From: a virus
DNA length: 40,104 nt
IMG/VR virus record: IMGVR_UViG_3300038505_000020
Location: 1-40,104 of that record
Direction: 5' to 3' (one strand)
The position numbers and the translations under genes were made by a program. Below, one piece after another: positions 13,492 to 20,151 of this stretch. The notes below the pieces were generated by a model. That model saw only the letters and a list, made by a program, of their open reading frames with translations, ran no database searches and was not told the origin of the DNA. How positions within the stretch are numbered: the stretch's first letter is position 1; each line of letters starts with the position of its first letter.

Positions 13492-14064
13492 TTATTTATT
13501 AGAAAAAATTTCTTGATATAGTTCTTCTATTCTATGCTTGTTATTCTCAATTGAGAATAAAGCAAAATCTTTACTGTCATTTATTTTTTTACTTTCCAGT
13601 ATCTCTGCTGGAAGTGAGTTATAATAACTAGTATATAAGTAATCATATAGTTTAGCTTTCATTTCTTCAATTGTAATTTTTTTTTCTTCTTTTTTATTAT
13701 TATTCTCCTCCCCTACTCTATCTATAGTAGGGGATAATTTATTTACATCCTCTGGAAAGTATTTATTTTTCAATATTTCTTTGCGATTTTTCAAAAAATA
13801 AAGCATCTCAGTAAATATTATAACTGCTTTAGAAAGAAGCCAAATTGCGAGTAGTAAATAAATTATAAACTCAAATATTGCATGATATTCACTTGTAGTT
13901 ATTGGCCTTAGCTTAAAATATTCACGTAAAAAAATTATTGATAATGGTATAGATAATAGTATTACAATAATTAATAGTAGTAAATATTTTATTAAGCTTG
14001 GTATTTTTTCTATTGTAATTCTCCCTGCATTTACTATATCTGGTGCAATTTTTTCTAAATTCAT
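13492..14064 (-). CDS. Membrane protein (2 predicted TM helices) with a charged C-terminal domain.
   Basis: 190 aa. The TM segments are YLLLLIIVILLSIPLSIIFL and FEFIIYLLLAIWLLSKAVIIF. Confidence 0.45.
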   Translation of the reverse strand: MNLEKIAPDIVNAGRITIEKIPSLIKYLLLLIIVILLSIPLSIIFLREYFKLRPITTSEYHAIFEFIIYLLLAIWLLSKAVIIFTEMLYFLKNRKEILKNKYFPEDVNKLSPTIDRVGEENNNKKEEKKITIEEMKAKLYDYLYTSYYNSLPAEILESKKINDSKDFALFSIENNKHRIEELYQEIFSNK

Positions 14065-14155
14065 TTTCTAAACTCCTTCCAAACTCATTCTAAAAAAATT
14101 CCAAACTCATTCCAAAAAATTCTAAAAAATTCCAAACGTTGGAATTTTTTGGAAT
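14065..14155. repeat. Array of TTCCAAA boxes, copy B, ending in the inverted pair TTCCAAacgTTGGAA.
   Basis: There are four direct TTCCAAA boxes plus two inverted TTGGAA boxes. The inverted pair lies at 14130-14144. Confidence 0.7.
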
Positions 14156-14437
14156 TCAATCTAAATTCCCTTTCAACGTTTCCCTCATACAAAAAAACAA
14201 AGCTGGAATCATGTAAAAAATTACAATTGCAAACAGTAATTTAGAGTTATGAGTTAAAAAAAATAAATAACTCCCATAAAGAAGAAAAAGAGAAGTGATA
14301 AAAAATAGAATCAAGTTAATAATAAATTTTTTCTTATCATATTTTTTTTCTTCTTCCATTAACTCAATATTAAAGCTTGAATAATTTATTTCTTTATTTA
14401 AACCATTTGTGATAAATTTATTTACTTGTTTGTTCAT
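14156..14437 (-). CDS. Small membrane protein (2 TM helices).
   Basis: 93 aa with FIINLILFFITSLFLLYGSYLFFL and LLFAIVIFYMIPALFF. It has a 4-nt overlap with the upstream gene. Confidence 0.45.
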   Translation of the reverse strand: MNKQVNKFITNGLNKEINYSSFNIELMEEEKKYDKKKFIINLILFFITSLFLLYGSYLFFLTHNSKLLFAIVIFYMIPALFFCMRETLKGNLD

Positions 14438-15192
14438 TTTCTTAACTCCATTTTTTTAAGTTTATAATAAGTTGACGAAACTGGTATTTTTAGTTCACTT
14501 GCAATTTCTTTTGCTTTTTTGTTCTTATTGTAAAGTAAATTAATTTTTTCTTCAAGTGATAAATTTATTTCTTCCTTATTTTTTCTTTTCTTATTTTCAA
14601 AAAAAAACTGCAATTCCTGTGAAGAAGTTGAAATTACAATTGTAAAAATAAAGCTTACTGCTAGTGCAATAATTACTCTTAATATTATCTCGTGTAGGTC
14701 AATTTTTTTTTCTTCAAGTAATAAAATTTCTTTCCTGTAGCTATTTATTGACTCTTCAATTTTTTCTTTCATAAATTCAATATTTTTCACTTCATATGAT
14801 TCTCTTTTCTTGCAGTCCCTGTAGTAAATAATTTCTTTATCATTATTTGGTTTTCTGCAATTTATATTTAACTTTAGATTTAATAATTTATTTCTTTCTT
14901 CTTTTATGCTTTTTAAAGCTTCTTCTTTTTTGGTATTTATATCTTTATAAAAACTGTTATACTTATCAAAAATTACGTTAGTATAACTTGTAAAGAGTAA
15001 TACGCCGAGAAGGAAAGATATTGCTTTTCTTTGATTTTGATTTGCAAATATTGAGGAAAAAATAGCCAAAAAAACAATTGTAGAAGAGACCAAAGCTGGA
15101 TTTTGTATGATTTTTGAAAACATTGCCTCAAATTGCTTTTGTTCTACTATTGATATAATAAGCAAACAAGCTATTGATATAATTACTTTCAT
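14434..15192 (-). CDS. Multi-pass membrane protein with a C-terminal resolvase/sigma-region-4-like HTH.
   Basis: 252 aa. It has three N-terminal hydrophobic segments, a coiled coil and a fourth TM helix (ILRVIIALAVSFIFTIVISTS). It ends with LSLEEKINLLYNKNKKAKEIASELKIPVSSTYYKLKK. There is no SD; the ATG lies 6 nt after a -10-like TAAAAA. Confidence 0.5.
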   Translation of the reverse strand: MKVIISIACLLIISIVEQKQFEAMFSKIIQNPALVSSTIVFLAIFSSIFANQNQRKAISFLLGVLLFTSYTNVIFDKYNSFYKDINTKKEEALKSIKEERNKLLNLKLNINCRKPNNDKEIIYYRDCKKRESYEVKNIEFMKEKIEESINSYRKEILLLEEKKIDLHEIILRVIIALAVSFIFTIVISTSSQELQFFFENKKRKNKEEINLSLEEKINLLYNKNKKAKEIASELKIPVSSTYYKLKKMELRK

Positions 15193-15198
15193 AAATAA

Positions 15199-15228
15199 TT
15201 TTTAATTTACTAAAAAAATTTATGTCAA
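15199..15228 (-). promoter_or_regulatory. Leftward promoter of the membrane-protein operon.
   Basis: On the minus strand, ATTAAAAAAATGC-TTGACA (15228..15223), an 18-nt spacer and TAAAAA (15204..15199). The UP/-35 part is identical to the promoter at 10063-10080. Confidence 0.5.
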
Positions 15229-15242
15229 GCATTTTTTTAATA

Positions 15243-15269
15243 TTGACTTTTTATTTATATCAATAAAAT
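15243..15269 (+). promoter_or_regulatory. Rightward promoter of the portal/MuF block.
   Basis: TTGACTTTTT (15243-) and TAAAAT (15264-15269), separated by a short 15-nt spacer. The ATG at 15277 lies 7 nt after the -10, with no SD. Confidence 0.4.
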
Positions 15270-15276
15270 TTTTACT

Positions 15277-16821
15277 ATGAAATTTTTTGAGAAAATAAAA
15301 AAATTTTTACAAAAAACACAGCCACAAAATAGCAATGGTTATTTTTCTTCTCCATTGAGTGGAGAAAAGAAAAAAAGAAATTCTGCTTATCAAGTGTATA
15401 GCTTATCGGACATAGTCCAAGTTCTAGCAAGAGACAAAATGGGATTAAATATCCCTGTTAACATTCAAGTAAACTTCAGTCAGCTAGACCCCATGGACTG
15501 CATAAACATTTATACAAAATGTGCGCCGATTTTTGGGATAGTTACGTCCAGAGCAAATAAAGTATCAGCGACTGAGTGGCATGTAGTACCGAAGAAAAAA
15601 AATATTGATAAATATATTTACAATCTTAGGTCATTTTTTTCTTTAATTAAAGAATATGAAGATTTGGAAAATAGTAAATTTTTTCGTTTAAAATTATCAG
15701 AAATCTTGTTCAAAGAATTACCAGATTTAAAGCCCGATTTATCAAATTTTGAAAATTCGATATATAGAAAATCAAAGCAACTAATGAGTGCAATTGCAGA
15801 TAAGTCTTCAGAGATAGAAGAATTTATTGCAAATCCCAGCGAGGGACTTCAATCAAACGATATATTTAAGATGATCGTTCAGGACTTGTTGATTCATGGT
15901 TCAGTTAGCATTTACAAAGCTTTTCTTAGTAAAAAAATTTATGTACTTCCTGGAGGCTCAGTTGAGCCCGTACGTGATAAATTTGTTGGTGGCACTGAAT
16001 TATATCTACAAATTATTGACAACCAATTTGAATTATTTTATCCAAACGAAATAGCTTATGCACAATATATGCCCAATAGTTCTATCTCGCATGGAGTCAA
16101 GCCACTTGATTCAATAATTAATTTAATAACTGAATATATTTTTTTTGAAAATGATTCAAGAGACAAAGCAGATAACTTTCAGCCACCCAGTAAATTAATT
16201 GTTTTCGGGGATAGAAGTACTGGATTCGAAGACATGGACGTTGACAATATCAATAGAGAAGAGCAAAGAAGAATTGAATTCAAGTTAAATAGACCTGTAC
16301 ACGATGGAGCAATTGCAACGTTGACTGGGTATGGACAGCCAATGCTTGTAGACTTATCTAAGTCAGATATCTACGCAAGCCAAATGGCAAGACAAGATCA
16401 AATTCTAAAATTTATTGCGTTAGTGTATAACGCATCAAATCTTGAAATCAATGAGACTGGTTCTTCAGGCACTAGTGGAAGAAGTACAAGTGAAGCACAA
16501 GAGAGAAGTGATAATTCACGTGGAGTTAGGCCACTTTATCAAACAATTGAAGGACTATTCAATTATGAGATTATTCCTGATTTTTTTGGAAGAAATTATT
16601 TCTTTGAGTTCTCTGAGTCATTGTCTGTTATGGAGCAAATAGAAGTAGCAAAGCTTAAGAAAGAAAGTGGACTCATGACGCCTAACGAGATTAGAGTAAG
16701 TGACTTAAGCTTAGATCCAATAGAGCTACCAGAAATGGACATGCCAGCAGGAATTACTCCAGAGCAGCAAAGTCAACAAATTTTTGAGCAAATAAATAAT
16801 TCACTAAAAAATAAGAAATAA
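15277..16821 (+). CDS. Portal protein.
   Basis: 514 aa. Its size and motifs (CINIYTKCAPIFGIVTSRANKVSATEWHV..., acidic C-terminus) fit HK97/SPP1-type portals. A MuF-like gene follows. Confidence 0.7.
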   Translation: MKFFEKIKKFLQKTQPQNSNGYFSSPLSGEKKKRNSAYQVYSLSDIVQVLARDKMGLNIPVNIQVNFSQLDPMDCINIYTKCAPIFGIVTSRANKVSATEWHVVPKKKNIDKYIYNLRSFFSLIKEYEDLENSKFFRLKLSEILFKELPDLKPDLSNFENSIYRKSKQLMSAIADKSSEIEEFIANPSEGLQSNDIFKMIVQDLLIHGSVSIYKAFLSKKIYVLPGGSVEPVRDKFVGGTELYLQIIDNQFELFYPNEIAYAQYMPNSSISHGVKPLDSIINLITEYIFFENDSRDKADNFQPPSKLIVFGDRSTGFEDMDVDNINREEQRRIEFKLNRPVHDGAIATLTGYGQPMLVDLSKSDIYASQMARQDQILKFIALVYNASNLEINETGSSGTSGRSTSEAQERSDNSRGVRPLYQTIEGLFNYEIIPDFFGRNYFFEFSESLSVMEQIEVAKLKKESGLMTPNEIRVSDLSLDPIELPEMDMPAGITPEQQSQQIFEQINNSLKNKK

Positions 16822-16825
16822 AAAA

Positions 16826-17920
16826 ATGATAGTTAACTCAAAATTAAAGCAGAAAAAATTTCTTTCCTTGATAAACGAAATGGAAAATGATTTACACGAC
16901 GTTTTTATTATTATTAGGAATGACGTTCTTGAGCTAATAGACACAGCAGTACAAAAACAAATGTCAATTGAAGAGCTTGAAATAGAAATCGATAAATTAT
17001 TGATTAGTGACTCAAGCAACGAAATAAATATTAGACAAATAATAGATGAGAATGTAAGCGATGATAAAGCTGAAGAAATTACAATTGTAGAGAATTCAAA
17101 TAATAATTTAAAACGAGTGCAAAAAGCAAAAAATAAATACGAAACTTCATATGATATAGCAAGAAGAAAAGAGCGTTTGTCAAAAAAATATAGTGACTCC
17201 TGGAAAGGTAAGAAATATGAAAAACTTATTTCCAATATAATAGCAGAGAATTATGCAAAAATCTCAAGCAATGTTTTAAAAGCAGACAAAAAAAAATTTT
17301 TTCTAAACTTAAAAACGTCAATGCCAAAAAGAAATGTAGAAAAAACAATTGTATTACCCCCCGTAAAAGAAGTCATAAACAAAAGTCCAACGATAATAAA
17401 AGCAGCTGAAAAAGGAAAATTATTGACAAAGACCATAAGAGACTTATTAAAAAATGATATTAAGCAAACTCTATTATCAGAGAATATAACGACCAAAAGA
17501 GGATATGTAAATAAAAACATACAAAAAAAATTACAGAAAAAAATTATTGAAACATTCCAAAACTACACAGAAAGAAATAAAAAATTTAAAGTTCCAAATA
17601 ATGTAAGAAATATAGCAGTTACAGAGAGTAGATTTGTTATTAATAACATAAGACATGAATACGTTAAGAGAATTAGTAATGAAGTAAAAAATAATTTTTT
17701 GATAAAAAAGAAATGGATTCAAAATAAAAGCTTATCAAAAAATCCAAGAGAGTCACATACAAAGCTTCATAATAGCAGAGCAATCTTATTGAATGAGCAG
17801 TTCAATGTTAACGGACATCTAGCATATTCTCCACACGACGTAAGATTACCAGCAAGTGAGACGATCGGCTGTTCATGTGAGCTGAAGTACATTTTTGTCC
17901 CGAAAACCAAAAAAAACTAA
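16826..17920 (+). CDS. Head morphogenesis protein (Mu F / SPP1 gp7 family).
   Basis: 364 aa. The C-terminal region RESHTKLHNSRAILLNEQFNVNGHLAYSPHDVRLPASETIGCSCELKY matches the family signature (R..H..l.g....F......PgdP.....nCrC). Confidence 0.65.
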   Translation: MIVNSKLKQKKFLSLINEMENDLHDVFIIIRNDVLELIDTAVQKQMSIEELEIEIDKLLISDSSNEINIRQIIDENVSDDKAEEITIVENSNNNLKRVQKAKNKYETSYDIARRKERLSKKYSDSWKGKKYEKLISNIIAENYAKISSNVLKADKKKFFLNLKTSMPKRNVEKTIVLPPVKEVINKSPTIIKAAEKGKLLTKTIRDLLKNDIKQTLLSENITTKRGYVNKNIQKKLQKKIIETFQNYTERNKKFKVPNNVRNIAVTESRFVINNIRHEYVKRISNEVKNNFLIKKKWIQNKSLSKNPRESHTKLHNSRAILLNEQFNVNGHLAYSPHDVRLPASETIGCSCELKYIFVPKTKKN

Positions 17921-17953
17921 CATTTTTTTATTTCCAAGTCTAGTTTTTTTTCC

Positions 17954-18157
17954 TTAGAGCATTTGTCCTATAATAGAAGGATAACTTTCTTCCCTAGAGG
18001 CTAAACCTAGACCTTCTGTTAAACTATCTCCAAAAAATAAAATAACTGGTTTAGAAGTTTCAACTACAGGTTTTTCATTCACAGAAGTGTCCTCTTGGGA
18101 TTTACTACAGTGAGCAAAACAAACTAAAAAAACTAAAAAAAATAAGGAAAACTTCAT
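17954..18157 (-). pseudogene. 5' fragment (67 codons) of a GDSL/SGNH esterase lipoprotein gene (TesA-like).
   Basis: MKFSLFFLVFLVCFAHC (lipoprotein signal) ...VILFFGDSLTEGLGL...SYPSIIGQML, then a stop. The catalytic GDS block is present, but the remaining ~150 residues of the fold are missing. By eye, G+C is higher than in the phage backbone. Confidence 0.65.
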
Positions 18158-18217
18158 GAGTAAAAAATTTCATTAAAAGAAAAACTGTCAACTTTTAGAG
18201 GGAAATAAAAAAAGCAC

Positions 18218-18290
18218 TCTCCCCCTGCTGGGATCGAACCAGCGACCCAATGATTAACAGTCATTTGCTCTACCGACTAAGCTAAAGGGG
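18218..18290 (-). tRNA. trnN: tRNA-Asn (anticodon GTT), 73 nt, with no encoded CCA.
   Basis: The minus strand reads TCCCCTT-TA-GCTT-AGTCGGTA-GAGC-A-AATGA-CTGTTAA-TCATT-GGGTC-GCTGG-TTCGATC-CCAGC-AGGGGGA-G. It forms a full cloverleaf with one G-U pair each in the acceptor and D stems, T33, anticodon GTT, A37, a TTCGATC T-loop and discriminator G. Confidence 0.9.
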
Positions 18291-18384
18291 ATTGTGCTTC
18301 TCTATCCAGGTTCTAATGAAGAGAAATTTTTGTCAAGTTATTTAAAAAAAATCAATAAAAAATTTACAAAATCTTATTGAGAAA

Positions 18385-18480
18385 TACTGTAAATTCCCAA
18401 TAAAAAAACCCCTAAAAATCGCAAAAAAGACCTTATATATATACAGTGATTTTTCTTAATTTTTAGGGATTTTTTGAATT
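18385..18480. repeat. Intergenic module X, just upstream of the tRNA. It has 17-bp inverted arms flanking a 39-bp spacer with a (TA)5 core.
   Basis: The arms are AAAAAACCCCTAAAAAT (18403-18419) and ATTTTTAGGGATTTTTT (18459-18475), with one mismatch. The core is TATATATATACAG. It is related to 10085-10200. Confidence 0.55.
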
Positions 18481-18629
18481 TCCAAATTTATTTTTTCGAT
18501 ACTCACAGGGACTTTTTTTGTTTTTCCAGTGTCTTTACACGGATTTTTTTTTATTTTTTTTCAGTTTATTTAACCTTTTTTTTAAAAATGAAAAAATGTT
18601 TGGCTTTTTTTTGTCTAAATCGGTATTAT

Positions 18630-18725
18630 AAAAAAATAAAAATTTAGAAAAATCCCCCGAAACCACAAAAAAAACGCAAAAAATCAGTGATATATGCATT
18701 GCGATTTCTCCATATTTTTTAAGAA
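18630..18725. repeat. Intergenic module Y, the most diverged copy.
   Basis: GAAAAATCCCCCGAAACCACAAAAAAAACGCAAAAAATCAGTGATATATGCATTGCGA. Confidence 0.4.
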
Positions 18726-18787
18726 TTTTATTTAGTTTTTAATATAGATTTTTTTTAATTTTTTTTAAAAAAAATAAAAAAAAGTGA

Positions 18788-18816
18788 TTGACTTTTTTTG
18801 AGTTTTGATCTATAGT
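18788..18816 (+). promoter_or_regulatory. Sigma-70-type promoter for ORF 18837..19415.
   Basis: TTGACT (18788-18793), a 17-nt spacer and TATAGT (18811-18816), followed by the AAGGAG RBS and the ATG at 18837. Confidence 0.65.
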
Positions 18817-18836
18817 AAAAATATAAGGAGTGAGAA

Positions 18837-19415
18837 ATGAGCAGTTTAAAAAATAGGCTTGAGAAAGCATTCGAAAAAGCAGGACTCAGTGACTGCGTAT
18901 TTGTCACTGAGTCACATAGTACAAATTCTGTGTACGTTCATCTGATGTTTTGCAGCGAAGACATCCGCATCAGCGACCACACCAAAAAGAATGTTCTAGG
19001 GGAAGTAGATCCCCTAGACATCGCATGGGAGATTTCCTATGCGGCGGAAGAAATATCTGAGATTTTGGAAAAAGATGGAGAATTTACTCCATCTCAAATT
19101 CAAACTTTGAAAAATGAATTTGAAAAAATCTCTAATGGCATTTATGCCAGAAGAGAGAACCTAGAAAAAGCAAGAGAAGTCTCCATTAAAAAAAGAGAGG
19201 AAAGAAGACTGCTTGCAATAAAGCAAGCAGAAGAATTTTTAAATTCAAACCACTATTTACTGAATTCAATAAAAAGAAAAAACGGCCTATTCAAAAAGAA
19301 TAGGCACGTTGAATTTTATTCCTTATTGAATTATTCAGGAATAAAAATATCAAGAAAAGACGCTTACTCTTTGTATGCAGAAAAACTGTGGGAGCAAGAA
19401 CAAGAAAAAGGCTAA
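18837..19415 (+). CDS. Hypothetical protein, moron-like and compositionally distinct.
   Basis: 192 aa with its own promoter and RBS. The 5' half is visibly richer in G+C than the backbone. The motif is SVYVHLMFCSEDIRISDH, followed by a charged helical C-terminal half. Confidence 0.55.
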   Translation: MSSLKNRLEKAFEKAGLSDCVFVTESHSTNSVYVHLMFCSEDIRISDHTKKNVLGEVDPLDIAWEISYAAEEISEILEKDGEFTPSQIQTLKNEFEKISNGIYARRENLEKAREVSIKKREERRLLAIKQAEEFLNSNHYLLNSIKRKNGLFKKNRHVEFYSLLNYSGIKISRKDAYSLYAEKLWEQEQEKG

Positions 19416-19429
19416 CTTTTAAGTTAGCC
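19400..19429 (-). terminator. Hairpin GGCTAACTT-tt-AAGTTAGCC at the stop codon of ORF 18837..19415. A T-run follows only on the minus strand.
   Basis: The stem lies at 19410-19418 / 19421-19429. The minus-strand trailer is TTTTTCTTGT and the plus-strand trailer is GAAAAAAAT. Confidence 0.35.
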
Positions 19430-19758
19430 GAAAAAAATATACAAGCTAGTTTTACAAAAAAGAATAATCAATCATATCACAGCAAAAAAAAAGACAAAGC
19501 TAATACACGATTAAGAAGTAACCACTGTAAAAGTCTATTAATCTTATGCGTCCTTGATATTTGCTTTCTTCATAAATAACATTTTAAAATATTAAACAAA
19601 TAGAATTTATAATTTTTTACTTTATACTTGATACAAGTAAAACTATAGAAAGAAATAAAAAATTGAGTAAATAAATTATAGACCACAGTAAATCATTAAA
19701 GACAAAGAGTTTTATAATTTATAATCAAAAATGCACTTTTTTATAGTTTCCCAAATGT

Positions 19759-19788
19759 TTGACTTTTTTTTTGGTCTTAAATTATAAT
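19759..19788 (+). promoter_or_regulatory. Sigma-70-type promoter for ORF 19806..20126.
   Basis: TTGACTTTTT (19759-), an 18-nt spacer and TATAAT (19783-19788), followed by the AGGAG RBS and the ATG at 19806. Confidence 0.65.
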
Positions 19789-19805
19789 ATAAAAGGAGAT
19801 AAAGA

Positions 19806-20126
19806 ATGAAAAAAGTAAAATTAGATCACAAACAAATTGAGCAAGTAAAAAAAAGTTGCTCAAAAATTTTAGATAAATTCGAAAAAGAACCAATATATTT
19901 AAATGGCGGATTGATATTCAATTCAGGAGAAGATCCTGAACTAAAAAAGATTTATGTTTATTATAATTACAATCTTAGTTTTTTTGAATTTGGAAATATT
20001 TTTTATAAAAAAGATATTTATGATTTCGAAAATAAATTACATATCTTCGAATTTAATAAAAATATTTTTTTTTATGAAATAAAATATAAAAAATTTATTC
20101 AAGATTATTTTTTATTCCTAAAGTAA
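19806..20126 (+). CDS. Hypothetical protein.
   Basis: 106-aa ORF with a consensus promoter and RBS. It is rich in Phe, Tyr, Asn and Lys. Confidence 0.45.
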   Translation: MKKVKLDHKQIEQVKKSCSKILDKFEKEPIYLNGGLIFNSGEDPELKKIYVYYNYNLSFFEFGNIFYKKDIYDFENKLHIFEFNKNIFFYEIKYKKFIQDYFLFLK

Positions 20127-20151
20127 ATAAATTATAAGCTACAATAGTCAA

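Noticed and set aside
13412-14155. TTGGAAT boxes read as sigma-54 (-24 GG / -12 GC) promoters.
   Set aside because: The GG elements are not followed by a GC at the required 10-bp distance (TGGAATTTTTAGAAT). No enhancer-binding-protein gene is present.
19388-19579. ORF 19388..19579 (+) and other short ORFs in the 19416-19805 gap.
   Set aside because: It starts inside the preceding gene, has no RBS, spans the stop-codon hairpin and translates to a basic, low-complexity peptide. The gap is better treated as non-coding DNA of unknown function.
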